IMG/VR virus record: IMGVR_UViG_3300046516_001816
Location: 220,984-284,983 of that record
DNA length: 64,000 nt
Direction: 5' to 3' (one strand)
Shown here: positions 48,117 through 59,170 of the stretch, piece after piece
How positions within the stretch are numbered: the first letter of the stretch is position 1
Layout: each line of letters begins with the position of its first letter
Program-made: the position numbers and the translations under genes
Notes under the pieces: model-generated
The model's database searches: none
The model's input: only the letters and a program-made list of their open reading frames with translations
Told to the model about the DNA's origin: nothing

Positions 48117-49589
48117 TTAGTTGTGCACGCTGGCCAAGTAGTTGATCGCGTTGGCCGCCGACCCACCCGGACCCTGCAAAAGACTGATGGCATACGCCAG
48201 CTGACCCGACGTGTACGCGCCTCCGGTGTTGGAGACGTTATCGCCGTGGGGGTTGCTGTAGTTCGTCACGTGCGACTGGATCGTCCCGTTCAACGAGTTG
48301 ATCTGATTGGCCAGTGACGTCCACGCGGAGTTGATGCTGTTGTTCATCGTCGTCGCACTGTAGACGCCGGAGCCGTCCACGTTCGAGGTGACGATATTGG
48401 AATACACATCGCCGTGCGGATTGCCTGCGTTATTGGCATGCGAGTTAAACGGCACGATGATATTGGTGCTGATCGTATTGTACGTCCACGTGCCCACGTT
48501 CGCCGCGGTGTCGCCGTGCGGATTGTTCGTGTTGCCCGTGTGCGCTTGCAATGCGCTTTGAAACGTATTGACCTGCGACTGCAAGGTATTGGCAGCGGCC
48601 GTGACAGCGGCCGCAATCTGCGGGGTCGTCCACGTGCCGATCTGGGCAGCGGTGACCTGGTGCGGATTGTTGTAGTTCTGGATGTGCGCGTGTTGCGTGC
48701 TTTCATTGGCCGCAATCGTGGCTTCCAGCGCCGTTTGCATCGCTGTCATCGCGGCATCGGACTGCGCGCGCGTCATGCCACCGACTTGCGCCGGGGTCAA
48801 AGCGTGCGGGTTATTGCCGTTGTTGATGTGCGCGGTGAGCGAGGCTTCCACCGCCGCATCGCCTGCCTGACGGGTGGTGGTTTCCCCGGCGATATTCGCA
48901 ACCGTTTCCGTGGTGGTGAACGAACCGATCTGATGCGCGCTCACTTGGTGCGGATTGGTAAAGTCACTTTCGTGCGCTTGCAGTGCCGCATTGGCCGTGG
49001 CAATGTAGTTCTGCAATTCGGCGACCACGCCCTGGGCATAGGCGAGCAGAGCTTCTTGCGCTGCGCCCTGACCTTGCGTAATCGCTTTACCCAGCGTGTC
49101 GGTGGCCGAAACCAGATACTCGGTCCCAAACACATCATCGGCGTGGTGCTTGTGGGGTGCAGGCGGATACACACTTTGCTTGGCCTGTACTTCATCCCAC
49201 GTCACCGGTGCATCATTGAGATCGAGTCCCGCCAACGCTGCTTGGGCGGCAACACTGTTGAGGCTATTGATGCCACCCACAGCCTGATAGGTGACGCTCA
49301 CTTGATTGCTGACCGTGGTGTCTACAATCAGAATCACGGCATCGACTTGCTGACCGTATGCCACCGAGCTATCCAGATCCATCTCAGCCGGATAATACTG
49401 CACGTCTTTGGTGAGCGTGAGTCCCGAGGTGAGGTCTTTCACCACCACCGAGTCGCGAAAGAACAACCCGTAGTTCAACGGGAAGGCGCGCGTACCGACG
49501 GTGCCGATGCTGTGTACTTCGTTTTGAATGAGGTTGCTTGACGCCGAACCCGTGGGATCCAGCGGCAACACTAAATTCGGCGTGCTCAT
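48117..49589 (-). CDS. tail fibre protein paralog
   Basis: LPLDPTG N-domain and HxxNxxNPH repeats; GGAG RBS before ATG 49589. Confidence 0.8.
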   Translation of the reverse strand: MSTPNLVLPLDPTGSASSNLIQNEVHSIGTVGTRAFPLNYGLFFRDSVVVKDLTSGLTLTKDVQYYPAEMDLDSSVAYGQQVDAVILIVDTTVSNQVSVTYQAVGGINSLNSVAAQAALAGLDLNDAPVTWDEVQAKQSVYPPAPHKHHADDVFGTEYLVSATDTLGKAITQGQGAAQEALLAYAQGVVAELQNYIATANAALQAHESDFTNPHQVSAHQIGSFTTTETVANIAGETTTRQAGDAAVEASLTAHINNGNNPHALTPAQVGGMTRAQSDAAMTAMQTALEATIAANESTQHAHIQNYNNPHQVTAAQIGTWTTPQIAAAVTAAANTLQSQVNTFQSALQAHTGNTNNPHGDTAANVGTWTYNTISTNIIVPFNSHANNAGNPHGDVYSNIVTSNVDGSGVYSATTMNNSINSAWTSLANQINSLNGTIQSHVTNYSNPHGDNVSNTGGAYTSGQLAYAISLLQGPGGSAANAINYLASVHN

Positions 49590-49667
49590 CTGAATGAACT
49601 CCAGACCCTTATTAACAGACAAAAGGGCTCAAGGTGCCCGAAAGCACCCTGAGCCCCAAAGAGAGAT

Positions 49668-52556
49668 TTACGACGAGAGGTTCCAAGCCGAGAAGCCCGA
49701 CGGCACTGCGTTGGTAAACGCATTGACGCCTGGATTGAGCGTGAGCGTATCGCCCTTCTCGGAGATCGACACGCCGAGGTACACCGGACCGGTCGTGCCG
49801 CCCGGGGCGAGAATCGCCGCGATCGAGATACCGCCCGTACCGGTGGCCGGGTTTTGGTTCGCGAGGATGTCGCCATTCCACTGACCCGAAGCCGGGTTGT
49901 AGAACCACACCTTCTGCGCGGCGAAGTCCACCGCTACGCCGAGTTCGTCGCCTGTGGCGGGCAGGGTGGCCCCGATGCCGCCATTGGTGAACGCACCGTT
50001 GTAGCTGATGCCGCTGGTGGCGGTCGACGGCTGCGTGAACATCATGATCGAGTTCGTATCGAAGCCGAGCGAGTGCGTGCCGGCGGTGCTGGCATTGCCC
50101 AGACCGAAACCCACCCCGCCATCGAGACTGTTGATCGACACTTCTGCGTAGACCTTGCCCGTGGTGCGACCGTAGGTGGCGAGCTCCGTGCGCCAGGCAT
50201 TGCTGGTATTGCTGGTGACCGTCATGTTGCCATTGGAGAGCACCATGTCGGACGGCAACACCGTCACGTTGAAGCTCATCGCGGTCGTCGCCGGCGGCGT
50301 CGTACCCGAGTTGTTCACAGCCTGGACCACGGTCTTGAACGCGGTGGTCAGCTGCGACACGACGTTGTTCAATTCCGACACGGTGGCAAAGGTTTCGGCC
50401 ACCGCGTAGATGATCCCAGCCGGTGCGGTGTTTTGCACCGAGATCGAGCCCAGGAAGTTGTTGTTGTACTCGCTGAAGCCATTGACCGTGATCTGGTTGG
50501 CGCCGCCCGGCGTTTGCATCCACAGCGTGGCGAGCTTGGTCCCGGAATTCACCGTGTAGCCAAACTTCACCGTCGTGGTGTTGCGTCCCGTGAGCGAGAG
50601 CACTTGCAGCTCCACGCTATCCGCCGAGGCGGTGTTACGCACCGACATGCGCACGTACCACGAACCCGATTGCGTGTCGCCCGTGGCATCGCCACCGGTC
50701 ACCAGCATCTGCAAGTCCGGATAGACGGTTTGACCCGCCGTGCCTTGCATCGCCATTTGCGCGATCGGGGTCCAGAGCAACGGATCCGTCGTATCAACTG
50801 CGGCCGGAATCGTGTCCTGCGGGGTGACCATTTGACTGGTCCACAACTGAGCATTGGTCGACGCCGTGATCGAGCTCGAGAGGGCTGCTTGCGACAGACC
50901 ATTCAAAGCCGTCGCGTTGGCTGCCGTCCCACTCAGAATCGCCGAGGTCAGCTGCGCTTGCGTGAGACCAAACGCTTGCGTGGCATTGGCTGCGGTGCCC
51001 GACAGGATCTGTGTGGTGAGCGCCGCAATCGTCATGCCGCCCAGCTGGTTAGCGTTCGCCGCCGTACCGTTCAGGATCTGCGTGGTCAACTGCGCCACCG
51101 TCATGCCGTTGAGCTCCGTGGCGTTGGCCACCGTCGCATTCGCAATGTAGGTATCCCATTGCGCCGGGGTCATGCCGCCGAACATTTCCGAGTCGCTTGC
51201 CGTGCCACCGGAGACGTACGAGATCAGCTGCGCGGGCGTCATGCCGCCCACCATCGTCGCGTTGTTCGCCGTACCAGCCAGAATAGCGGACGTCACCTGC
51301 GCCATCGTCTGGCCACAGAAGAGCGACGTGTCCGCTGCCTTACCCGTCTTGAGCAAGTAGCTCGCCAGCGTGCTGTCCATCTGAGCCGTCGAGTAGGCTC
51401 CGACTTGCGCTGCCGTCACCTGGTGAGGGTTGGCATAGTTCGTAATGTGGGTGTTGAGCACCGCATTCGAACCCTGGTTCGCAATGGCCGCCGCGGTTGC
51501 CGCCGGCGTCATGAACAGGTTGTTGGCCGTGCCTGCGACCGCATCGCTATTTTGCGCGACACTGAAGTTCGGCACATTGCCCAAGCCCACTTGCGCCGCA
51601 CTGGTTTGGTGCGGGTTGTTGTAGTTGAGAATGTGCGCTTGCAGGTTATTGCCCACCGAACTGTTGATCGCGACCATGGTGGTGGCCGGGGTCATATACA
51701 GATTCGTGGCCGTGCCCGTCTGGGCATCGGTGTTGCTCGCCGGTGCGTAGTTCGCGACATTGCCCAGCCCGACCTGCGTTTGCGTTACGCGGTGCGGATT
51801 GTTGTAATTGGCAATGTGAGCGTTAAACGAACCCAGCACCTGCGTTTGGATCGCCGCGGCGGTGGCCGCCGGTGTCATATACAGCGTCGTCGACGTGCCC
51901 GCTGCCGCGTCGCTGTTTTGCGCCACCGCGTAGTTCTGGACATTGCCCAGCCCGACTTGCGCGGAGCTCACATGGTGCGGGTTGCCGAAGTCGGCTTCGT
52001 GCGCAGCCAAGCCCGTGGAGCCGGTCGATTGCAGTGCGGTCGTGACGCTGTTAATCGCCCCCACCACGCTACCCATATTAACCATGTCATTCACGTCCCA
52101 CGCATGCGCGGTGGGCGGGAACGCATAGGGCGTACCACTGACTTCTTCCCACGACGTGATGCGCGGGTTGTCCGCGACGTCGGCGAGAATCGTGTTGATC
52201 TGGGAGGTCGCCACCGTCCACTGTCCACCAACGGTTTGGTAGTTCAGCTTAACGATGCCAGCCAGATTCGTGTTGATAAACAAAAGCGAACCGTAGACGC
52301 GCATAGCGGTCGAACGGCTGGCCGAGATAAACCAATGCGCCGGGTAATAATCGACGCCTTCCTCCAAGGTGTGCAGGGTACCCTGCGTGTCTTGATAGGT
52401 AACAGCGAGCGTATCAGCGAAGTACGGGGCAAACTCCGGCACGATGATGTGCTGATCCCGAAAGTTCTGCGCGACCAGTTGCTGCTGTTCCCCTGAAATC
52501 AGGTTCGAAACCAACGAACCCGTCGGGTCGAACGGATATGAGATGGGTGTTGTCAT
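49668..52556 (-). CDS. tail fibre protein with C-terminal SPRY/B30.2-like domain
   Basis: YPFDPTG N-domain; NPH..QVGLGNV.N repeats; GTA.NA repeats; GKVYAEV..GFGLG..LGVAVD..VWFYN. Confidence 0.8.
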   Translation of the reverse strand: MTTPISYPFDPTGSLVSNLISGEQQQLVAQNFRDQHIIVPEFAPYFADTLAVTYQDTQGTLHTLEEGVDYYPAHWFISASRSTAMRVYGSLLFINTNLAGIVKLNYQTVGGQWTVATSQINTILADVADNPRITSWEEVSGTPYAFPPTAHAWDVNDMVNMGSVVGAINSVTTALQSTGSTGLAAHEADFGNPHHVSSAQVGLGNVQNYAVAQNSDAAAGTSTTLYMTPAATAAAIQTQVLGSFNAHIANYNNPHRVTQTQVGLGNVANYAPASNTDAQTGTATNLYMTPATTMVAINSSVGNNLQAHILNYNNPHQTSAAQVGLGNVPNFSVAQNSDAVAGTANNLFMTPAATAAAIANQGSNAVLNTHITNYANPHQVTAAQVGAYSTAQMDSTLASYLLKTGKAADTSLFCGQTMAQVTSAILAGTANNATMVGGMTPAQLISYVSGGTASDSEMFGGMTPAQWDTYIANATVANATELNGMTVAQLTTQILNGTAANANQLGGMTIAALTTQILSGTAANATQAFGLTQAQLTSAILSGTAANATALNGLSQAALSSSITASTNAQLWTSQMVTPQDTIPAAVDTTDPLLWTPIAQMAMQGTAGQTVYPDLQMLVTGGDATGDTQSGSWYVRMSVRNTASADSVELQVLSLTGRNTTTVKFGYTVNSGTKLATLWMQTPGGANQITVNGFSEYNNNFLGSISVQNTAPAGIIYAVAETFATVSELNNVVSQLTTAFKTVVQAVNNSGTTPPATTAMSFNVTVLPSDMVLSNGNMTVTSNTSNAWRTELATYGRTTGKVYAEVSINSLDGGVGFGLGNASTAGTHSLGFDTNSIMMFTQPSTATSGISYNGAFTNGGIGATLPATGDELGVAVDFAAQKVWFYNPASGQWNGDILANQNPATGTGGISIAAILAPGGTTGPVYLGVSISEKGDTLTLNPGVNAFTNAVPSGFSAWNLSS

Positions 52557-52651
52557 GCTGTGGACTCCCGAGCCGGCAAGTTCATCGTATGGGGTTTTTA
52601 AAGTCGATACTGACTATACGATGTACGATCAAATTTATCGGAGAAAGCGTT

Positions 52652-53902
52652 ATGTACACATTGCAGAGCGCGCTCGGAAAGTCACTTTCTGGCGGCCAAC
52701 AGTGGAGCGCAATCGATTTGAGTGGCATGACGTTCGCTACCGTCGTTGAAAACTATTCCGTGGTTTACGCTGTACTCACCAATCCGTTCCTTGCGGGACC
52801 GGTGAGTTTGAACCTGAATAGCATTCTGCCCACAATCACTAACCAGCAACAAACCTTCGGCGCGTATCTGGCGAGCCTGGGCAATAAGGCCTTGCCCACC
52901 TCTACCAGCATTCCGTCGATCAAGACGCAATACGCACGCTATCAGGATGGCGTGAAGGCAGGCTACACGATTCAGCCAATTGGCACCACGCAGTCCTTGC
53001 AGTATGGGGCGACCATTGCCAACAAGCCCGATGTGTTGCTCACCCGGGCCAACACCAACTACACGACGTTCTACCAGAGTTGTCTGGTGTCGATCAATGG
53101 ATTCTTCCATATGACCGATACCGATGGCAAGACGGGCGTGTGGGTGACCAACGGCATGGCGAGTTGCGTGAAGTCTAAAAAGAACAAGCTCGGCATTCTG
53201 AATTTTCAGGATCTGGGTAAGCTTACGATGATCCCGATTACGGGCGACATGATCTACAAGCAGAACACGAGCCAGGCGCTCAAGAACCGCGCGTATCTGA
53301 ATGTCGGCAAGGATCTGTCCAACTCGACCGTGATGGTGGTGATTGGCGGCTACTTGCATATCCTCGATGGCAAGACGTTCAAGCTGGTGGGTAAGCAGTC
53401 GCTAATGATCGATTTCAACAACTACCCGCTCTTTGAACGCTACTACGAGTCGAAGGATTTCATTGACCTCTCGACGCTCGCGTTCACGGCCTACCCGACC
53501 AATGCGCAAGCGGTGGCGGTCGACGAGATCACCTCCGACGCCGCGATCAAGGCGCTGCTGACACTCTCGCAATCCTTTATCGTGCTGCTGGATAACACCC
53601 AGATCTCGGTGCAGTTGGAGAAAGTGCGCGCGGCCAAGATTCCCGGGCAGTACGTGAGCTACGTGGAACCGATCTGGCCGTTGATTACGGGCTACGGCAA
53701 GGTGAACGAATACTGGTCGGTGCAAGATGCCGGGCAGTGGGCGCTCTACGTGGAGGACAATATCCAGCCGAATTACGTCTTCAATACGGTGGATACCTCA
53801 CGCAAGCAAGAGACTATCACGGATCAACGCGATCCGATGCGACCCACCAGGGTGAGCCTCGGGCATTACTTGCAGATCAGCTGTGATGTGAGTTTTAGCT
53901 AA
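52652..53902 (+). CDS. virion structural protein
   Basis: GGAG RBS; CLVSINGFFH, VVIGGYLH, LTLSQSF motifs recalled from a phiKZ-like structural family. Confidence 0.7.
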   Translation: MYTLQSALGKSLSGGQQWSAIDLSGMTFATVVENYSVVYAVLTNPFLAGPVSLNLNSILPTITNQQQTFGAYLASLGNKALPTSTSIPSIKTQYARYQDGVKAGYTIQPIGTTQSLQYGATIANKPDVLLTRANTNYTTFYQSCLVSINGFFHMTDTDGKTGVWVTNGMASCVKSKKNKLGILNFQDLGKLTMIPITGDMIYKQNTSQALKNRAYLNVGKDLSNSTVMVVIGGYLHILDGKTFKLVGKQSLMIDFNNYPLFERYYESKDFIDLSTLAFTAYPTNAQAVAVDEITSDAAIKALLTLSQSFIVLLDNTQISVQLEKVRAAKIPGQYVSYVEPIWPLITGYGKVNEYWSVQDAGQWALYVEDNIQPNYVFNTVDTSRKQETITDQRDPMRPTRVSLGHYLQISCDVSFS

Positions 53903-53941
53903 CGGCATAGAGGGCGGGCTGCGGCCCGCCCCTTATGACCC

Positions 53942-54931
53942 TTAGTTGTACCGCAGGTTCGGTGCGGTAATCGAGGCGGTCGCGGCAATCGTGACTGCCG
54001 ACACGCCCCCCTTGACGTCCATATCGCCCAGCAGTTCGGTCTGACCCGCAATGGTGATCTTGCCCGTGCCCGCGGTGGATCCTTCTCCACCGCCGGCTTT
54101 CGTGGTCATATCGCCATTCAGACCCAGCGCACCATTTTCCGTGAAGTCCCCGGTGTGCGTGGTGGTGGCCTTGATGCCAAACGTATTGCTATTGATCGTG
54201 GCGGTTTGCGTGTCGAGGCTGAACCGCTTGGTCTTCAGGGCAATCGAGTCCTGCGTGGTGAGCGCCATCTGCTGCTTCAAGATTTGCAGCACCGACTGGT
54301 CACCATTGCCAAATTCAAAATGGTTCTGGGTGGAGTCCAGCAGCGCGTAATTCCCGATGTCGTCCTGCATCCGGAAATATCCTTCCTTGGTGTTCAACTG
54401 GATGTCGTACCCATAAGGCTCCCCATTGGCTTTGGACGTGTGCAGCGTAATCATCCCCGTATGCGTGCTGATTTCAATATAGTAGCTGGAGTCCGCATCG
54501 GTGGATTTGCTTTCATCGCTGGTCCCACTGAAGGCCCACACCACGGTTTCCAGCTTGCGCAGGCTCGAATCATCGAGCATGGTGGTCCAGTAATACGTGT
54601 CGGCATCCCCAAACTGGTAGAGGGCGACCTGCGCGCCGCGCCGAATATCGGGACTGGTCTTGCGATTGCCCTGACCGAGCTTAAGCCACGTGGCTTTGAT
54701 GGTCACGGAAGAGGCAACTTGGGTGCTGTACTGACCCCCAGCATTGTCCGTGCCTTGCGCTTGCACGGGGGTGCCGGCGTCGGTCAGCTGACCATCCACA
54801 AACGGCAAATGTTCGATCGGTGTGACTTCCACTTCATCACTGGACATGGGTTTGTTATTGGCGACCACGCCGACGCTATAGAAGCGCAGCTGCGACGCTT
54901 GCGGGTGCTGATTGGTTGGGCGACTGGCCAT
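53942..54931 (-). CDS. baseplate central spike-like protein (phiKZ gp164-like)
   Basis: YSVGVVANNK, ATWL...NRKTSPDIRRG, LRKLET, beta-helix-like C-terminus; divergent from sbcC. Confidence 0.65.
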   Translation of the reverse strand: MASRPTNQHPQASQLRFYSVGVVANNKPMSSDEVEVTPIEHLPFVDGQLTDAGTPVQAQGTDNAGGQYSTQVASSVTIKATWLKLGQGNRKTSPDIRRGAQVALYQFGDADTYYWTTMLDDSSLRKLETVVWAFSGTSDESKSTDADSSYYIEISTHTGMITLHTSKANGEPYGYDIQLNTKEGYFRMQDDIGNYALLDSTQNHFEFGNGDQSVLQILKQQMALTTQDSIALKTKRFSLDTQTATINSNTFGIKATTTHTGDFTENGALGLNGDMTTKAGGGEGSTAGTGKITIAGQTELLGDMDVKGGVSAVTIAATASITAPNLRYN

Positions 54932-54999
54932 TGTTGTCTCTTAGATAAAAGATACACCATCGCGGCATGGTGTGGAAAACAGATAAACGGGTGTGCAAA

Positions 55000-57525
55000 A
55001 TGCGATACACCGCTTTGATTTTGAAGCATTTCAAGCGCTTTGCGCTCAATCAGATCTCGCTGTTCGATCTGCGTCCCACGGAGCAAATCCAGCTGATCCT
55101 CGGCACCAATGGGTCAGGCAAGTCCTCGCTGCTCGGTGAGCTCACGCCCCTGCCCGCGAACGCCGCGGACTATCTCAAAGGGGGCAGCAAAGAGATCCAT
55201 ATCTCGCATCGGGGTTCGACCTATGTGCTCATCAGTTCGTTTGAATCGGGTAACAAACACTACTTCCGTAAAGACGACGAAGAGCTGAATCCGGGTGGCA
55301 CCCAAGCGGTGCAAAAGGAACTGTGCAAACAGGAATTCGGCGTCACACCGGATACGCACGAATTGTCCACAGGATTGTTGCGCTTCACGGGCATGGGTCC
55401 GTCTCATCGTAGGGAATGGTACACCCGGATGTCCGACGTCTCGTTCGACTATGCCATTGGAGTCTATGACAAACTGCGTAAGGAACACCGCAGTGTGGTC
55501 GGGGCGCTGGATCTGGATAAGAAACAACTGGTCACCGAGCAGTCCAAGATCATCACCGAAGAAGAGCAGCAGTTGCTTGTGAATGACGTGAAGGATCTGC
55601 ACCGGGAACTGGAACGTTTGCTGGAAATCAAACGCCGCCCAGATCGCCCGATGGACGTCGTGGAAGAGCAACGCCGCTTAACCGAACGCGATCTGCTGGA
55701 GCTCTCCAATAAGCTGCTGAACCTCAAGGTCGAATCGCCCGCGCACCTATACCGGGACGAGTGGGGCATTCTCCAACCGCTGGAGTTTAAGTCGATCGAT
55801 GGCGTCAATGCCTATATCGACGATCTGCGTGAACAGATTGCCGCACAGAACGCGGTGATGGAAAAGCTGGTGGCCGATCACAGCAAGCAGAAAGACACGG
55901 TCGAAGTCCTCAAGAAGCAAGGGGCGGACGGGATCGAGTCGGTGCGCAAGAAGATCAATGAGTGGGCTGAGAAACGCGTGGAGGCCATGAAGGGCCTGCG
56001 TCTGAAGCTGGACTTTAGTCATACTGACCCCGTGCAAGCCAAACGCACGATTGAAGCCATCAAGCACGATCTGGAAGCCTTGGTGTTTGAGCTACCGGTG
56101 AATACCAGCAAGACGTTTGGATCAGCGGTGCTCGGCGAGCTGAAACAATCGGCGCAGACCCTGAAGGACCAGCACCGGCGTAAGGTGAATGAGCAAGCGC
56201 AACTCAGCGCGCGTAAGCAACACGCGGAAGAACATCGCGAGAAGGGCGTCACTACCTGTCCGAAGTGCAATCATTCTTTCCATATGGGCATGTCCGATGC
56301 GCAGATGGACGAGCTCAAAAAGCGACTCGTGATCGTGGGGCAAGAGATCGAGAAGCTCGAGGAACATCTCAAGAAGCTCGAGGCAGCCATTGCGGAACAG
56401 GAAGAGTACGGGGCACGGTATCGAGCGATTATTCAGTTGACGCGTTCCACCCCGGCGCTGAAACCGTTCTGGGAGTACGTGGCCGAGAAGGAACTCTTGG
56501 TGAATGCGCCGCGCAGCGTGATGAGCACGATGCAGATCCTTGAGAACGACGTCGACCTCGAGTGCATGATCGATGCGATGAATGCAGAGATCGAGGAGTT
56601 GAAGAAACTCCTGGCGAAATCCGAAGAGCTCGGCGATCAGAATCTGGGCGAAGCGGTGGAGAAGCTTAACACCCTCACCACGGAAATCGAAGCCCACACC
56701 AAAGCACTGGCGCAGTCACGGCGCGAACTCAACGACTTCCATACCTATCGCAAGCAGTTGCAAGAAGCGATGGCGTTGGAGTTGAAGATCAATGTGGCGA
56801 TGGTGACGTTTGAAAACCTCACGCATGAAGCCGTGGAGACGCTGCGCCTCAGCACGATCGAACAGTGTTTCCGCCAAACCCAGTCGACACTCGCCCGTAA
56901 GGAAGAAGTACTCAAAGCGGTGCATCAGCAAAAGGCCATTGTCGAGCATCTGAAGACGACCATTGTGCGCCGGACGATGGAAGAAGAAGCGCTTAAGCAT
57001 TGTGTGCGCGAACTCTCCCCCACGGACGGGCTCATTGCAGAGGGCTTACTCGGGTTCATTAAGAATTTTACCCACCAGATGAATCAATTGATTCGCAAGA
57101 TCTGGGCGTACCCGTTGGAAGTCCTGCCGTGCGGGATCTCCAGCGAACGCGGCGCGGAACTGGATTATAAGTTTCCGCTGATGGTCGGCACACGGGACAA
57201 TATCGTCTCGGATGTCAGCCGCGGCAGCTCTGGAATGCAAGAGATCGTGGACCTGGCGTTTAAGGTGATCGGTCTTAAGTATCTGGGACTGGAGCACGGC
57301 ACGTTGATGCTGGATGAATTCGGCAAGACGCTCGACTTGGAGCACCGCACAGCGGCCGTCATGGCCATTAAGATGCTGATGGAAACGAAACCGTTCTCGC
57401 AGCTCTTTATGATCTCGCACTACGAATCGCATTACGGAGCTTTCTCGAACGCGCAGGTCTGTGTTCTCGATGCTCGCAATATCGCTGTTCCTAAAACCCA
57501 TAACACTCACGTCACCATTCAGTAA
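55000..57525 (+). CDS. sbcC: SbcC/Rad50-like SMC ATPase
   Basis: Walker A GTNGSGKS, coiled coils, zinc hook CPKC, signature SSGM, Walker B LMLDE, ISH. Confidence 0.9.
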   Translation: MRYTALILKHFKRFALNQISLFDLRPTEQIQLILGTNGSGKSSLLGELTPLPANAADYLKGGSKEIHISHRGSTYVLISSFESGNKHYFRKDDEELNPGGTQAVQKELCKQEFGVTPDTHELSTGLLRFTGMGPSHRREWYTRMSDVSFDYAIGVYDKLRKEHRSVVGALDLDKKQLVTEQSKIITEEEQQLLVNDVKDLHRELERLLEIKRRPDRPMDVVEEQRRLTERDLLELSNKLLNLKVESPAHLYRDEWGILQPLEFKSIDGVNAYIDDLREQIAAQNAVMEKLVADHSKQKDTVEVLKKQGADGIESVRKKINEWAEKRVEAMKGLRLKLDFSHTDPVQAKRTIEAIKHDLEALVFELPVNTSKTFGSAVLGELKQSAQTLKDQHRRKVNEQAQLSARKQHAEEHREKGVTTCPKCNHSFHMGMSDAQMDELKKRLVIVGQEIEKLEEHLKKLEAAIAEQEEYGARYRAIIQLTRSTPALKPFWEYVAEKELLVNAPRSVMSTMQILENDVDLECMIDAMNAEIEELKKLLAKSEELGDQNLGEAVEKLNTLTTEIEAHTKALAQSRRELNDFHTYRKQLQEAMALELKINVAMVTFENLTHEAVETLRLSTIEQCFRQTQSTLARKEEVLKAVHQQKAIVEHLKTTIVRRTMEEEALKHCVRELSPTDGLIAEGLLGFIKNFTHQMNQLIRKIWAYPLEVLPCGISSERGAELDYKFPLMVGTRDNIVSDVSRGSSGMQEIVDLAFKVIGLKYLGLEHGTLMLDEFGKTLDLEHRTAAVMAIKMLMETKPFSQLFMISHYESHYGAFSNAQVCVLDARNIAVPKTHNTHVTIQ

Positions 57526-57644
57526 TGAATCAAGACTATTATTCAGGCCTCTCGTCGGTTGCTGTTTTACCGGACGGACGAGAGGTCGTGACGCACTATC
57601 CGATCCTTGGACCGGAGTCTTTTGAAATCAGAAACGGAAAAAAC

Positions 57645-58703
57645 ATGGCCATCACGAAAGAAGAACTTTTTAAAGAACTGAGCGCAGCGCATCAGCAATT
57701 CACCGAAGCCACCCGGCGCGTCTTTATGTTGATGATGCAGGTGCAGAACATGCCGGACTTCGACGCTGCGTTGGAATTCGTGCGTCAACACAAGGCGGGA
57801 CTCACGCAGCTTCCGCCGATGGGATCGGCCTCGGCGCAAGCGGCACCGGGGCTGTCGTTCAATCCGACCAGCCATCCGCATGATCGTTCGGGTCATACAG
57901 ACGGTGTCGGGGTTCAACCGACGGCTGCCGCCGCCGCAGCCGCCGCCTCGTCGGCCGCCGCGACCAAGCTCTTCGAGACACAAGCGATCGTCGCCCCGGC
58001 GGAAACGATCACGAACCTGACGGGTCAGAAGCCGGCCGAAGCACACGTGTGGCAACTGAATACGGCAGAAACGGTGAACGCCGGTGCTGCGGAGCAGGTC
58101 CCGCAAGGCAACGAGGTGGTAGCCGGCGCACTGGCCGATGCCAAGGGTGTTGTCACGCAACTCCTGAAGGACAAAGGACTGCCCGCTGAAGTCATTGCGA
58201 TGGTTGAGCAGGTCAGCGTGCAAGATCTTCTCAATCGCGGCAAAGTGGTCACGCCCCCGCAACTGCCGGCCGGTCCGACTGAAGTCGTCGATGCCGTGCA
58301 AGAACCCAGTCCGTTGCAACTGCTGGTGGGCATGGGTAGTGTCTTCTGTGAGTATCTGCATCCGGATGTGATTCGCGGCGGTCAGGGTGAGATTCAGCCC
58401 AAGTGCAACGATGACATCAAGCGTTACTCGCAGGACGCGATGATCACGGAGATCAAGACGCTCATCGGCTACCCGACCGGTTTCTACACGAACTCGCAAA
58501 GCAAGGCGATGCAGTTCTTCGTGAAGACCGATCAGTTCCTGGCCGTGGTCGACGGGTTGCCCTCGGAAGTCGCGCCGCTGTACATCCACTTCCTGGGTGA
58601 CCCGACCGGCTGGACGCATGCTCAAAACCTGGGACCGAGCGAGCTGCGCCTGATTCATTCGAAGCTCGACTTCGTGTTGGGCGGCGTAAAAAAAAAGAAC
58701 TGA
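57645..58703 (+). CDS. hypothetical protein with Ala-rich linker
   Basis: Start at ATG 57645 inferred (ORF opens at 57525). Confidence 0.7.
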   Translation: MAITKEELFKELSAAHQQFTEATRRVFMLMMQVQNMPDFDAALEFVRQHKAGLTQLPPMGSASAQAAPGLSFNPTSHPHDRSGHTDGVGVQPTAAAAAAAASSAAATKLFETQAIVAPAETITNLTGQKPAEAHVWQLNTAETVNAGAAEQVPQGNEVVAGALADAKGVVTQLLKDKGLPAEVIAMVEQVSVQDLLNRGKVVTPPQLPAGPTEVVDAVQEPSPLQLLVGMGSVFCEYLHPDVIRGGQGEIQPKCNDDIKRYSQDAMITEIKTLIGYPTGFYTNSQSKAMQFFVKTDQFLAVVDGLPSEVAPLYIHFLGDPTGWTHAQNLGPSELRLIHSKLDFVLGGVKKKN

Positions 58704-58741
58704 CTGGCACCCCACGCGCGCTCGGTGAAAGCATTGACGCA

Positions 58742-59167
58742 GTGAACTACGCGGGGCGACCCGCGGAGCTCGGTCAGGCGTACTTGCCGTACTTCGGTGA
58801 GGGGGGCATTTTCGAACGCTACCTCTCGCCGAATCTGATTGAAAATGGCAAGGGTACCATTCAGGCCTTTGGTGACCTCAAGCAGTACTCGTACGACGTC
58901 TTTGAGATGATCAAGCACGCGGGCATTGGTGAGGTGCGCACGGGCTTTTATCTGTCACCGGAGAACCAGATCCAGTTGTTCGTGAATCTGGGCATGGGCG
59001 CGGTAATCTATGAGGGCCTGCCGAGTAGCCAGGGCAAGGTCACGTTCGATTACTACGGGGACGCGTTGGGACTGCGTGGGTTTGATGTCACGCCCTATCA
59101 CATCAAAGCGGAACTGCTGAGGGATCTGAACGAAGCGTTCAAGATGCTGACGCAAGAAATGGAGTAA
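58742..59167 (+). CDS. hypothetical protein, similar to the C-terminal domain of the upstream gene
   Basis: Shared YS.D...TGFY...Q.FV pattern. Confidence 0.65.
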   Translation: MNYAGRPAELGQAYLPYFGEGGIFERYLSPNLIENGKGTIQAFGDLKQYSYDVFEMIKHAGIGEVRTGFYLSPENQIQLFVNLGMGAVIYEGLPSSQGKVTFDYYGDALGLRGFDVTPYHIKAELLRDLNEAFKMLTQEME

Positions 59168-59170
59168 TGG

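Noticed and set aside
44176-52556. Diversity-generating retroelement or invertase-driven tail-fibre switching
   Set aside because: No reverse transcriptase or recombinase in the window and no near-identical template/variable repeat pair seen; the repeats are diverged protein-level repeats.
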